Both the position numbers and the translations under genes were made by a program. Below the pieces are notes generated by a model. It worked only from the letters and a program-made list of their open reading frames with translations. It was not told where the DNA came from and ran no database searches. A stretch of DNA of 64,000 bases, taken from Dehalococcoidia bacterium (GTDB taxonomy: Bacteria > Chloroflexota > Dehalococcoidia > UBA2979). Shown here piece after piece: positions 8,155 through 17,211 of this stretch; the stretch's first letter is position 1; the number at the start of each line of letters is the position of its first letter. The stretch is from NCBI GenBank assembly GCA_963667465.2, contig CAXXDN010000001.1, positions 1 through 64,000 of the forward strand, in the 5' to 3' direction.

Positions 8155-8454
8155 GTGTCGATCTTCTCGGGGCTCGCGATTGCGGGCGAGCTGGCGACCG
8201 CGGGGAGCGGCGCGGCAAACGCCGCCTGGTTCGCGCATCGCGCCACTCAGGCGGCCGGGCCGCGGCGGCTCGCGGCGCTGTTGCTGATGCTGCTCTTCGC
8301 CGCCGTGGCGCTGGACGCCGCGGCGCACGTGCTGCCGGGCGCGCCCTCGTGGCCGTCGCTGCAGGGCGTGCTGCTGCGGCTGCCCTTGCTGGCGGCGAAC
8401 GTGCTGGCCGGACTCGCGATCCTCGCGGGCCCGCGCCGGGAGCGCGCGCAGTGA
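8155..8454 (+). CDS. Small three-helix membrane protein, first gene of the phage-like operon
   Basis: GTG after ggaagg; hydrophobic segments; stop overlaps the next start (GTGA). Confidence 0.6.
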   Translation: MSIFSGLAIAGELATAGSGAANAAWFAHRATQAAGPRRLAALLLMLLFAAVALDAAAHVLPGAPSWPSLQGVLLRLPLLAANVLAGLAILAGPRRERAQ

Positions 8455-8624
8455 GCGCCGGGGTGAGCGCGGGAGCACTGGGCGAGGCGCTGCGCGAGGA
8501 GCGTTACGAGGCGGCCGCGCTGCGGCTGCTGCTCGGCGTCCTCGCGGCGCTCGGGCGGGCGGCGGAGTCGGCGCCCGGCACGCGCGAGGAGCTGACCGTG
8601 CTGCTCGGGGCGGAGGACGCATGA
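8451..8624 (+). CDS. Small hypothetical protein
   Basis: GTGA and ATGA coupling on both sides; LGEALREERYEAAALRLLLGVL. Confidence 0.55.
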   Translation: MSAGVSAGALGEALREERYEAAALRLLLGVLAALGRAAESAPGTREELTVLLGAEDA

Positions 8625-8971
8625 GCGCGGCTCGGTCAGGCGGGTCCGGCAGGTCAGGCGGGGCCGGCGGGGCGCGCGAGGGCTTCTACGAGTCGGCGCT
8701 GGCGGCGGCGGACGCGGCGGCGCTGCGCGAGGCGCGGGCGTTGTCCGGTCTCGGCGACGAGGTGGCGCTGCTGCGGGTGCAGTTGCGGCGCGCGTTCGCG
8801 GACGCGGAGGCGGACCCGCGGACGGTGCAGGCGGGGGTGCGGTTGCTGGTGCAGGCGCTGCTGGCGCAGCACCGGCTCTCCCCGCAGCAGGCGGAGCACC
8901 TCGGCGAGGCGGTCGCGAACGTCCTCGAGGAGTTCGGGGAGGTGCTCGGTGCGGCGGGAGCGGCGGCGTGA
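8621..8971 (+). CDS. Putative terminase small subunit-like helical protein
   Basis: GFYESAL...LGDEVALLRVQLRR resembles the (H)GFY...DEIALLR pattern of small proteins found upstream of TerL. Based on size and position. Confidence 0.5.
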   Translation: MSAARSGGSGRSGGAGGAREGFYESALAAADAAALREARALSGLGDEVALLRVQLRRAFADAEADPRTVQAGVRLLVQALLAQHRLSPQQAEHLGEAVANVLEEFGEVLGAAGAAA

Positions 8972-9074
8972 GCGCTCCCGTCATTCCGGCGAACGCCGGA
9001 ATCCAGGCGCGCTCGACGGTGCTCGGTGCATCGAAGGGTTGGTGCCCCTCGAAGGCTCTTGCCCGGCGGGCGTC

Positions 9075-9424
9075 GGACGAGCGCGCTGCGCGCGGCTCGG
9101 CCCACCCACCCGCCCTTCATTCTTCTTCATGTGGGGGGCTGCGCCCCCCACGCCCCCGCTGCCGCAGAGCGAAGGGTTGTTGCGCCCTCAGACGTCCTTG
9201 CCCACCGGGCGTCGGAGGGGCGCTGCGCGCCTCCCCCTCACCCTCCGCCCTCTCCCGCGAGGGGCGAGGGGACCGGATCGGCCCTCGGAGGGTTGGGTGC
9301 GCCCTCGGAACTTCCGAGGGGGGCGTGGGGGCGCAGCCCCCACATGAAGAAACTCCGAGGGCGGGTGGGCGGGCCTGAGCGGCGCGCAGCGCTCGCTCTC
9401 CGGGATGGGGTGTGGGGGCCTGCG
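9075..9424. repeat. Inverted pair of a ~90-130 bp dispersed repeat enclosing a REP unit
   Basis: 9075-9158 and the reverse complement of 9295-9424 share gctgcgcgc..cccacccgccct..cttcatgtgggggctgcgccccca; a third copy is at 18181-18320; REP unit at 9234-9272. Confidence 0.75.
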
Positions 9425-9498
9425 AGGTTTCCTCGCGTCAGATCGAAACAGCGCCCCCCCAACAGACACGCAGGGACGACACGAAAGAGCTGGAACAG

Positions 9499-9759
9499 AT
9501 GACGGAAGACACACAACGGACACCCCTCGCTCCCACCCTCTCGCCGGAGGGCGCCGGAGCGGGCGAGCGGCTGGCGCTGGTGCTGCGGCGCATCGCGGGC
9601 GTCGGGACGCGCGACCGGCCGCCGGAGCACGATCTGCACGCGCGCATCGACTACCTCGAGCGCGACGCGGGGGAGATGCGGCTGCGCGTCAACGGCCTCT
9701 TCTTCGGCCTGATCGCGCTCGCCGCCGGCGAGATCCTGCTGCGGGCGCTGGCCGGATGA
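9499..9759 (+). CDS. Small coiled-coil protein with C-terminal membrane helix
   Basis: LHARIDYLERDAGEMRLRVNGLFFGLIALAAGEILLR; ATGA overlap with terL. Confidence 0.6.
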   Translation: MTEDTQRTPLAPTLSPEGAGAGERLALVLRRIAGVGTRDRPPEHDLHARIDYLERDAGEMRLRVNGLFFGLIALAAGEILLRALAG

Positions 9760-11219
9760 GCGCGCCAGCAACGATCGCCGGGGCGCCGGCGACCGCCGGG
9801 GCGTCGCAATCCGCGGAAGGCGCGAGCGGGCTGCCGCGGCTGCGGCCCTACCAGGCAGCGGTCGCGCGCGCCGTCCTCGAGCGGGTCGTGGGCGGCGAGG
9901 GCGGCTCGATCTCGGTGCAGATCGCGCGCCAGGGCGGCAAGAACGAACTCTCGGCGCAGCTCGAGCTGGTGCTGCTGCTGACACGCCAGCGCGCGGGCGG
10001 GACGGTCGTGAAGTGCGCGCCGACCTTCGAGCCGCAGGCCGCGATCTCGCGCGATCGCCTGCTGGCGCGTGCGGACGGCGCACGCCTCGGGGCAATCGTG
10101 CGCCGCGAGGGCGCGGGGTCGGTGCGCTGCGGGCGCGCGGAGGCGCGCTTCCTCTCGGCGGGGCCGGGCGCCTCGGTGCTGGGGCACACGGCGGACCTGC
10201 TGCTGGAGGTCGACGAGGCGCAGGAGGTCCCGGCGGAGAAGTTCGATCGCGACTTCCGTCCGATGGCCGCCGCGACGAACGCGCCGGTCGTCTTCTACGG
10301 CACGCCGTGGGGGCCTCGGTCGCTGCTTGCGCAGGCCGAGGCCGCGCATCGCGAGGCCGAGCGCGCCGACGGGCGGCGGCGCTGCTTCCGCTTCGACTGG
10401 GAGCAGGTGGCGGCGCACAACCCCGCGTACGGCGCGTACGTGGAGGAGGAGCGGCGGCGGCTCGGCGAGCGCCACCCGCTGTTCCGCACGCAGTACCTGC
10501 TGGAGGAGCTGCGCGAGCAGGACCGCCTGCTCGACGGGGCCGCCCGCGCGCAGCTTGAGGGCGAGCACGAGCGCCGCCGCAGCCCGCGGCGCGGCGAGCG
10601 CTACGTCGCCGGCCTCGATCTTGCGGGACCGGCGCTGGCGGGCGGGCGCGGGGCAGACCAACACGACTGGACGGTGCTCACGGTCGCGCGCGTGCGCGCG
10701 GGGAGCAGCGGCCTCCCGCTGCTCGAGGTCGTCGAGCACCAGGCCTGGCAGGGCGCCCCGGCCGGCGAGTTGCTGGACACGCTGGCGGACCGCCTCGCGC
10801 GGGTCTGGCGCGTGCGCCGCGTCGTCGTCGACGCGACGGGCCTCGGCGGCCCGGTCGCCGACCTGCTGGCGCGGCGCTTGCCCTCGGGCCGGGTCGTGCC
10901 GTTCACGTTCACGGCAGAGCGCAAATCGCAGCTCGGCTTTGGGCTGCTGGCGGCGGTGCACTCGGGCCGGCTGCGCCTCTATCGCGTCGACGGTTCGCGC
11001 GAGGCGGCGGAGTGCCGCGTGCAGCTGGAGCGCGCGCGGGCGGCGTACGGCGAGCGCGGGCAGCTGCAGTTCGACGTCGACCCCTCGGAGGGCCACGACG
11101 ACTACCTGATGAGTCTCGCGCTGGCCGTGCACGCCGCGCGCGACGAAGGCGGATCGCGCACCGCGCGCGGCCGCACGCCCGCCGGCGCGGTCGAGGCGGC
11201 GACGGCGGTGGCGGCATGA
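9756..11219 (+). CDS. Phage terminase large subunit (ATPase plus RNase H-like nuclease)
   Basis: LRPYQ (Q motif), ARQGGKNE (Walker A), LLEVDEAQ (Walker B), FYGTP (motif III), GLDLAG, VVVDATGLG, GHDDYLMSLA. Confidence 0.88.
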   Translation: MSAPATIAGAPATAGASQSAEGASGLPRLRPYQAAVARAVLERVVGGEGGSISVQIARQGGKNELSAQLELVLLLTRQRAGGTVVKCAPTFEPQAAISRDRLLARADGARLGAIVRREGAGSVRCGRAEARFLSAGPGASVLGHTADLLLEVDEAQEVPAEKFDRDFRPMAAATNAPVVFYGTPWGPRSLLAQAEAAHREAERADGRRRCFRFDWEQVAAHNPAYGAYVEEERRRLGERHPLFRTQYLLEELREQDRLLDGAARAQLEGEHERRRSPRRGERYVAGLDLAGPALAGGRGADQHDWTVLTVARVRAGSSGLPLLEVVEHQAWQGAPAGELLDTLADRLARVWRVRRVVVDATGLGGPVADLLARRLPSGRVVPFTFTAERKSQLGFGLLAAVHSGRLRLYRVDGSREAAECRVQLERARAAYGERGQLQFDVDPSEGHDDYLMSLALAVHAARDEGGSRTARGRTPAGAVEAATAVAA

Positions 11220-11593
11220 ACGCCCCGGAAGAGCCGCAGCCGGAGCTGGTGCGCGCGGACGCGCTGCCGGAGCAGGTGGAGTACCGGGACCAGGGCTGCG
11301 ACCTGTTCCCCTCGTGCCTGCACTGCCCGCTGCCGCGCTGTCGCTACGACGAGCCGGGCGGCGCGCGGGCGATGCTGAATCGCATCCGCGATCGCGAGAT
11401 ACGGCGGCTGCGCCGCGAGCACGAGCTGCCCGTCGACGAGATCGCGCGGCGCTATCGCGTCTCGCGCCGGACCGTCTTTCGCGCCCTGCAGCACGGCCCC
11501 GCCTCGCGAGGGCGTCGCGGCTCCTCGGGAGACACGCACGGTCCTCGCGGCGCGCGCCAGGCAAACCACGCCGATCGGAAGGAGATCGAATGA
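11216..11593 (+). CDS. Cys4 zinc-binding plus HTH DNA-binding protein
   Basis: GCDLFPSCLHCPLPRCRYD followed by LPVDEIARRYRVSRRTVFRAL (HTH); ATGA coupled on both sides. Confidence 0.8.
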   Translation: MNAPEEPQPELVRADALPEQVEYRDQGCDLFPSCLHCPLPRCRYDEPGGARAMLNRIRDREIRRLRREHELPVDEIARRYRVSRRTVFRALQHGPASRGRRGSSGDTHGPRGARQANHADRKEIE

Positions 11594-12810
11594 TGACCCA
11601 GGCAGCAGTCGCGCCGGCCGGCGCAACACCATTCCCGCGCACCCTCGCGCAGCGCGATCGCGAGCGCCTCGCGCGCTACCGCGAGTTCCTCGACTACTAC
11701 GAGGGGCGGCGGGGCGCGGCGCCGGGCGGGCCGCGTGAGCGATCGCTGAGCTTCAACTACGCGCGCGCCTTCGTGGAGAAGGGCGCCTCCTACCTGATGA
11801 CCGCGCACCGCCCGGACGTCGTCGCGGTCGACGGCGGGGGCACCGCCGAGGCGGAGCAGGCGCTGGGCGAGCTGTGGGAGGCGAACGACCTCGAGCGGCT
11901 CGACCTCGAGAGCGAGTTCGACACGGCGACGCTCGGCGACGGCGCGTTCAAGGTGAGCTGGGACGAGCAGGAGCAGCGCGTGGTGGTGACGGCGCCGGAC
12001 GTGCAGGGGCTGTATGTCTGGTGGCTGGGCGACGACGTGCGCCGGATCCGGCGCGTGGCCGCCCGCTACGAGACGCCCTCGGAAGACGCGGAGGCGCGGA
12101 CGGGGCGGCTGCCGCGCGGGCCCGGCGGCCGCACCCCGGAGCGCGTGACGCTGACGGAGGTGTGGACGGCGGAGCGCTTCGAGCTGTGGGTGGAGGACGA
12201 GCCGGTCGAGGCGCGGGCCAACCCGTACGGAGTGATCCCGTTCGTAATCTTCCCCAACACCCCGCGCCCGAAGCAGTTCTGGGGCATCTCCGACATCGAG
12301 CCGCTGCGCGAGTCGATCGTCGAGCTGAACCGCGCGATGACCCAGCTGAGCCGCATCCTCGAGCTCTCCGGCAACCCGATCGCCGTCCTCGAAAACGTCG
12401 AGGAGTCACGCGGCATCGCGGTGCAGCCGGGTGCGGTCTGGGAGCTGCCGGAGGAGGCGCGCGCGTACCTCCTCGATCTGCTGCAGGGCGGCGGGGTGCG
12501 GCTGCACGCCGACTACCTGAACCAGGTCTACCGGACGATGCACGACCTCGCGGAGATGCCGCGCATCGCGTTCGGGGACGGATCGGGCGACCGCTCCGGG
12601 GTCGCGCTGCGCCTCGAGCTGGACCCGCTGCTACGCAAGGTGGCGCGCAAGCGCCTGATCCGCAGCGCGGCGATGCGCAAGCGCGATCGGCTGATGCTGC
12701 GCATCCTCGCGCACCATACGGGCCGCCGCTTCGAGGGCGTCCGCACGGAGATCGCCTGGTCCGCGATCTACAGCGGCGATGAGACAGGCCTGATCGAGGC
12801 GGCCGCGTAG
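11590..12810 (+). CDS. Phage portal protein (SPP1 gp6-like), possibly short at the C-terminus
   Basis: FLDYYEG, FNYARAFVEKGASYL, LGDGAFKVSWD, NPYGVIPFVIFPN, GISDIEPL, RSGVALR; directly downstream of terL. Confidence 0.85.
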   Translation: MMTQAAVAPAGATPFPRTLAQRDRERLARYREFLDYYEGRRGAAPGGPRERSLSFNYARAFVEKGASYLMTAHRPDVVAVDGGGTAEAEQALGELWEANDLERLDLESEFDTATLGDGAFKVSWDEQEQRVVVTAPDVQGLYVWWLGDDVRRIRRVAARYETPSEDAEARTGRLPRGPGGRTPERVTLTEVWTAERFELWVEDEPVEARANPYGVIPFVIFPNTPRPKQFWGISDIEPLRESIVELNRAMTQLSRILELSGNPIAVLENVEESRGIAVQPGAVWELPEEARAYLLDLLQGGGVRLHADYLNQVYRTMHDLAEMPRIAFGDGSGDRSGVALRLELDPLLRKVARKRLIRSAAMRKRDRLMLRILAHHTGRRFEGVRTEIAWSAIYSGDETGLIEAAA

Positions 12811-12825
12811 CACCCAGCGGGGCGA

Positions 12826-14211
12826 CTACTCGTCAGGCAGAACGTCGTCGTCCAGAACGTCGTCCGGAACGGGAGTGGCGTAGAGGGCCTCGCGGTAGGC
12901 CTCGAAGGCGTCGTAGAAGTCATCGGCGGTGATGCCGAAGACATCCTCGAACGCGTCCTCCCAGTCCCGGGCGGACGCGAGCCGCCGGTAGTACTCGATG
13001 TAGGCGGCGGTCTCCGTGAAGCTGTCCGGCCACCCCACCTCCTGCGGCGCGAACTCCGCCTCGTCGCCGTCCAGGGCCAGGCGCCCTTCCAGCCACTCGA
13101 CGGCGAGGGCGGCGAGGCTGTAGACCGGCGCCTCACCGGCGTAGAACACCCTGATCAACTCGAGGTCGCCGATCGGCTCGGTGATGTGACTGCTGTGCTG
13201 CCAGCGGGCGTTGCGCAACTGCTCGCCCGTGATGTCCCGGACGGCGAGCCGGTAGCGGCCGCCCGCGTACGTCGCGGTGCCTTCGGTCATCCAGGCCGGC
13301 GAGCGCGTCCGCCCGGCAAGGTGGCGTTGCAGGACGTGGAAGTACTCATGCGCGAGGGTCACTGTGCGCAGCGGGTAGTCCATGACGTCGCTGCTCAGCA
13401 GGATCCGGCTGGACAGGGCTCCTGCGAAGATCTGCAGGTCAGGGTGGTACTCCACCTGGAATGGCGGAGGTTCGATCCCGTAGCGCTCCGCGAAGAACGT
13501 GACGACACTCGCCATGTCCTCCCGAAGCGATGCCTGCTCCTCCTCGGTTCGCTCACCTCCGAACTCGAACGTCGTCCCCACCAGCCCCGATTGCCACCAG
13601 CGCGCCGCACCACTCAGCTTCATCCAGAACGCGTCGCCCCGCTTCAGTTCGCGCAGCGTGTTGGCCGAGTCTTCCGCGTCCAGCCGGTACCGCTCGTACC
13701 GTTGCGTGACCGCGTTCCAGCGCTTCGCCTCGAGCAGCGAGTCGCCGAAGCGTTCGACCGACTCGGCGAACGGCTCGCCGTCGCGTCCCCCCCAGCCGAC
13801 GAGGTTCCAGCCCGCCTGAAGGGTGAGCAGTACGCCACCCTCGGGCAGCGTGAGGGTCCACTCGACGATCGAGTCGCCGCCGATGTAGAGCCACAGCCCC
13901 ATGCCGGTAGTCACGTGCCTGAGCGCGTAGCGCGGCCTGCTGGTGGGAAAGGCCCGCAGGTAGCGCTCGGCCTCGTTGTCCCACCCGTAGACGCGCTCCA
14001 ACTCCGGAATCGCATCGAACACATCGGAGACGGGACCAGCAGGCCCGAGCCAGGCGGCCATGTTCCAGCCGGGCTGCAGCTGCATCGTCAGCGTGGCCGG
14101 CGCTTCTTCCGATCCGTCCGCCGATGCAGTCGTGGATGTGGAGGCAAGGGAGGCGCCGAGCAGCGCGGCTGCGAGAAGGACGGCCAGGAAGAGCCGCAGA
14201 CGCCTCGGCAA
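12826..14211 (-). CDS. Secreted zinc metallopeptidase with two N-terminal Trp-rich surface domains
   Basis: TTG start after GGAGG; signal peptide; repeats LQPGWNMAAWLG and LQAGWNLVGWGG; LAHEYFHVLQ...WMTEGTATY (HExxH+E). Confidence 0.75.
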   Translation of the reverse strand: MPRRLRLFLAVLLAAALLGASLASTSTTASADGSEEAPATLTMQLQPGWNMAAWLGPAGPVSDVFDAIPELERVYGWDNEAERYLRAFPTSRPRYALRHVTTGMGLWLYIGGDSIVEWTLTLPEGGVLLTLQAGWNLVGWGGRDGEPFAESVERFGDSLLEAKRWNAVTQRYERYRLDAEDSANTLRELKRGDAFWMKLSGAARWWQSGLVGTTFEFGGERTEEEQASLREDMASVVTFFAERYGIEPPPFQVEYHPDLQIFAGALSSRILLSSDVMDYPLRTVTLAHEYFHVLQRHLAGRTRSPAWMTEGTATYAGGRYRLAVRDITGEQLRNARWQHSSHITEPIGDLELIRVFYAGEAPVYSLAALAVEWLEGRLALDGDEAEFAPQEVGWPDSFTETAAYIEYYRRLASARDWEDAFEDVFGITADDFYDAFEAYREALYATPVPDDVLDDDVLPDE

Positions 14212-14401
14212 GATGCCGCCTCCAATGCGAGAACGGGGGCCCGCCACCCCGCTCCGGACCGCCGTAGGCTACCCGATGCCGTCCACTGACCGTGCGCGAA
14301 TCAGCGCGGCGCCCCCGGCCGGACGGCGCCCCGCGAAGCTCGCCACAGGCGCGGCCGGGCCTCCCATCTCGCTACGATGAGCGGACGCGACAGGGGTATC
14401 G

Positions 14402-14710
14402 ATGCGCCTGCTGCTTGCCGCCGCCCTGCTCGTCGCCGTATCCGTTCTCGCCGGCCGCGCCTCGCCGGCGGCGCCCGCCAGCCCGCTGCGCTTCCTGCAC
14501 CTCCTGCTGAACGACCCGCAGCCGCTCGCGATCTGGCGCTACAACGCCGAAGAGGAGCGCTGGATGCTGCACTTCGCCGGCGCACCCGACTGGGTGAGCA
14601 ACCCCGGGAGCTTCGATGGCGGAGACGAGCTGTGGATCCGCTTCCCCGTCGCGGAGGTTCCGGTCGCGGAGGTCCCGGTCGTTGGGGTCCCGATCGCGGA
14701 GAGCAACTGA
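14402..14710 (+). CDS. Small secreted protein consisting of one Trp-rich surface domain
   Basis: Signal peptide; IWRYNAEEERWMLHFAGAPDWVSNPGSFDGGDELWIR resembles the repeats in 12826..14211. Confidence 0.6.
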   Translation: MRLLLAAALLVAVSVLAGRASPAAPASPLRFLHLLLNDPQPLAIWRYNAEEERWMLHFAGAPDWVSNPGSFDGGDELWIRFPVAEVPVAEVPVVGVPIAESN

Positions 14711-14736
14711 CATCAAGGCCCGGGAGACAAGAAGAC

Positions 14737-14756
14737 GCCCGGGCTGCAACCCGGGC
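14737..14756. terminator. Hairpin between convergent genes
   Basis: gcccggg-ctgcaa-cccgggc. Confidence 0.45.
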
Positions 14757-14787
14757 ACTCTCACGAGGCAGCCGTGCGCTCCGCCGC

Positions 14788-15759
14788 CTAGTAGTGCTCG
14801 CGGATGTAGTGGGAGGCGACGACGACGCCGTCCTGGGCGGCCCGGCGGGCGGCGCCGAGCGCGCGACCGTTCTCCTCGTCCGCCTTCGCCGCCGCCAGCA
14901 GTGTCCGGCCGTGCGCGGTCTGGGTGAGGTAGCTGATCACGTGCTGCTTCGAGACGGCGTCCGGCTGCGCCTCGAGCTGCTCCGCTACGAGGGCGATCGA
15001 CTCGGTGATATCCCGCAGCATCTCCGGGTCAACCGGCTCATCCCTGTACACGTTGTCCGCGATCGCCGTGAGCAGCACGTCAATGCGCTCGATCTCCACC
15101 TCGATGAGCCGGGCGGCGTACCGCTCCTCGTCGCCGGGTACGAGCGGACCGAGATCGGCGGGCGGCGCGACGGCCGGCTCGGCCGCGCCGCCACCGAATA
15201 CCTCGATCGCGTCGAGTTGGGGATCAACTACGTAGTCGTTGAAGAACATGCCCTTGGCCGGACTCGTCCGCGCTGCCGGCTGCGGCGCGCCGCTGTACGG
15301 AGCCGGAACGGGGATCGTGACCGTCTCCACCGGCGGGTAGTCCGCGAACGGCTCGACGATCGCAGCAGTCTGAGGCGGCGACGAATCCAGCTGGGTGGCG
15401 ACGACGAACGCGAGCACGAGCACCGCCGCCGCCGCGGCGCTGAAGACGGGCGTCAGCACGTTCCAGCGGAAGATGAAGAACGGCTTCGGATCCTCGCGCG
15501 GCGCGCTGTCGTCGACCCGCTGCGCGGCTCGCCTCGCCCCGAGGCGGTTCAGCACGTAGGTGCGCGAGCGCTCGCGATAGGACTCAAAGCGGGGCGACCG
15601 GGTTGCGGTCTGCTCGGTGTCGTAGAGCTCGGCCGCGAGCGCCGCCAGCGAGAAGAGGGTGGGATCCTCGCGCGGGTCGAGGTCTGGCTCCGCCAGCGCC
15701 TCGATCGCGTCGAGGGCCTGGGCGAATCGTTCGGCCTCCACCAGCTCGAAGTTGGTCAT
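14788..15759 (-). CDS. Putative membrane-anchored anti-sigma factor
   Basis: ATGA-coupled downstream of the ECF sigma; cytoplasmic N-terminus, single TM (SAAAAAVLVLAFVVA), extracellular C-terminus. Confidence 0.6.
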   Translation of the reverse strand: MTNFELVEAERFAQALDAIEALAEPDLDPREDPTLFSLAALAAELYDTEQTATRSPRFESYRERSRTYVLNRLGARRAAQRVDDSAPREDPKPFFIFRWNVLTPVFSAAAAAVLVLAFVVATQLDSSPPQTAAIVEPFADYPPVETVTIPVPAPYSGAPQPAARTSPAKGMFFNDYVVDPQLDAIEVFGGGAAEPAVAPPADLGPLVPGDEERYAARLIEVEIERIDVLLTAIADNVYRDEPVDPEMLRDITESIALVAEQLEAQPDAVSKQHVISYLTQTAHGRTLLAAAKADEENGRALGAARRAAQDGVVVASHYIREHY

Positions 15760-16379
15760 GGCTTTCTCGCCTCGCGGATCCCGGACGGTTCGGCAAGCAG
15801 TTCACGCAGGCGCTGCACGCCCTTGTGCTGCAAGACCTTCACGTTTGGCACGTGCTTCCCGAGCGCTTCCGCCGTCTCCCTGACGGAGAGGCCGGATGCA
15901 AAGCGCAGCAGGATCACGTCGCGCTGCGCCTCCGGAAGTTCTCGCACCGCCCGGAACACCTCCTCGATCGTCAGTTTCGTTTCTGTCAGCTCCTGAGGGC
16001 CGCGGCCCTCATCGCGGAGACGCTCGGCGACGAGGTCGGAGAACTCCGCCCGCCGCGGTCGCGCCGCCGCACGGCGCTGGAACGATGCCACCTCGTTGCG
16101 GGCGATGCGGAAGATCCACGCCCCGAAGGGGATGCGCTGGCCTTCCGCGCCCGGCCGCCATTCGAAGCGGTCGATCGCTCCCAGGACCTTGACGAAGATC
16201 TCCTCCGTCAGATCCTCGGCCTCGGTCTCGTCGCCGACGCGGGTGAGGCAGTAGCGATACAACCTCGCCACGTAGGCGTCGTAGAGGCGGCCCATCGCCT
16301 CACTCTCACCTGCCTTGGCACGGTCGACGAGCGACCGCTCCTCTTCAGGCGAGAGACCGAACAGTGGTGGAGATGACAT
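15756..16379 (-). CDS. ECF RNA polymerase sigma-70 factor
   Basis: AEDLTEEIFVK, FGAWIFRIARN, LPEAQRDVILLRFASGLSVRETAEALG. Confidence 0.93.
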   Translation of the reverse strand: MSSPPLFGLSPEEERSLVDRAKAGESEAMGRLYDAYVARLYRYCLTRVGDETEAEDLTEEIFVKVLGAIDRFEWRPGAEGQRIPFGAWIFRIARNEVASFQRRAAARPRRAEFSDLVAERLRDEGRGPQELTETKLTIEEVFRAVRELPEAQRDVILLRFASGLSVRETAEALGKHVPNVKVLQHKGVQRLRELLAEPSGIREARKP

Positions 16380-16570
16380 GCTGCCGCTCCGCGCGAGCCC
16401 CCGGCCGACTGGTCCCGCCGAGGCCAGCGCGTGCCGGATCAGGACCCAGTATAGCCCTCTCCGACCCGCGGGGCGGCGTTACGCCGCATTCCCACCACAT
16501 GCCTAAGAACGCTGGCGACCCACAACCGGTTAACGCAGCACTCGCCGCCCGGCAAGCCGCCGGCAGGCGT

Positions 16571-17179
16571 TCAGCCCTGCCGCAGCGCCGCCGGCAGTGC
16601 CTCCCGCGTCTCGATCGCGTGCGGGTGCAACTTGAACCCCTCGCGCTCGGAGCGCGCCGCCTCCAGCTCGAGGTAGGCGAGCGCCGCGGCCTCCAGCGAG
16701 TCCTCGGCGAGGTCAATCACGCGCTGCAGCTCCGGCCGCCGGGCCAGCTTCGCCGGCTCGATCTTGTCGGCGACGAACATCGCCCAGGCCTCGGGGCCGA
16801 ACGCCGGGTCGCCCGTCGTGTGCCAGTGGATCGCGTGCAGGACCAGCTCGTCGTCTACACCAAAGCGCTCCGCGAGCTCGAGCGCGCCGAGCGGCCCGTG
16901 CAGCAGCACCGGCCGCACCCGCTCGACCGGCAACGGCTCGAGGCCGCGCGCCTCCGCGCGCGCCAGCCATTCTGCGTCCGTGAGCGCGCGCAGCAGGTCG
17001 TGCCCCTGTGCGGCGAGCAGCGTGCGGCCCACGTCCGCGCCGTGCCGGCGCGCCAGCGGTTCGGCCGCCGCGACGACCCGATCGATGTGCGCGAGCATCG
17101 CGGGCGGCACTTCCGCGGCCATGCGTGCGCGCAGCGCCCGCGTCTCCGCCGTGCCGGCCGCTGGCTCGCCTTCGCGCAT
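16571..17179 (-). CDS. yqeK: HD-domain symmetrical Ap4A hydrolase YqeK
   Basis: HIDRV, GHDLLR, LLHGPLGA, AIHWHTTG, FVADKIEP. Confidence 0.82.
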   Translation of the reverse strand: MREGEPAAGTAETRALRARMAAEVPPAMLAHIDRVVAAAEPLARRHGADVGRTLLAAQGHDLLRALTDAEWLARAEARGLEPLPVERVRPVLLHGPLGALELAERFGVDDELVLHAIHWHTTGDPAFGPEAWAMFVADKIEPAKLARRPELQRVIDLAEDSLEAAALAYLELEAARSEREGFKLHPHAIETREALPAALRQG

Positions 17180-17211
17180 CGTGGGTTCGATTCCGGCGCG
17201 ACGCCCGGGCG

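Noticed and set aside
8155-12810. Complete prophage
   Set aside because: No integrase, att sites, replication, capsid, tail or recognisable lysis enzymes; the flanks are host genes.
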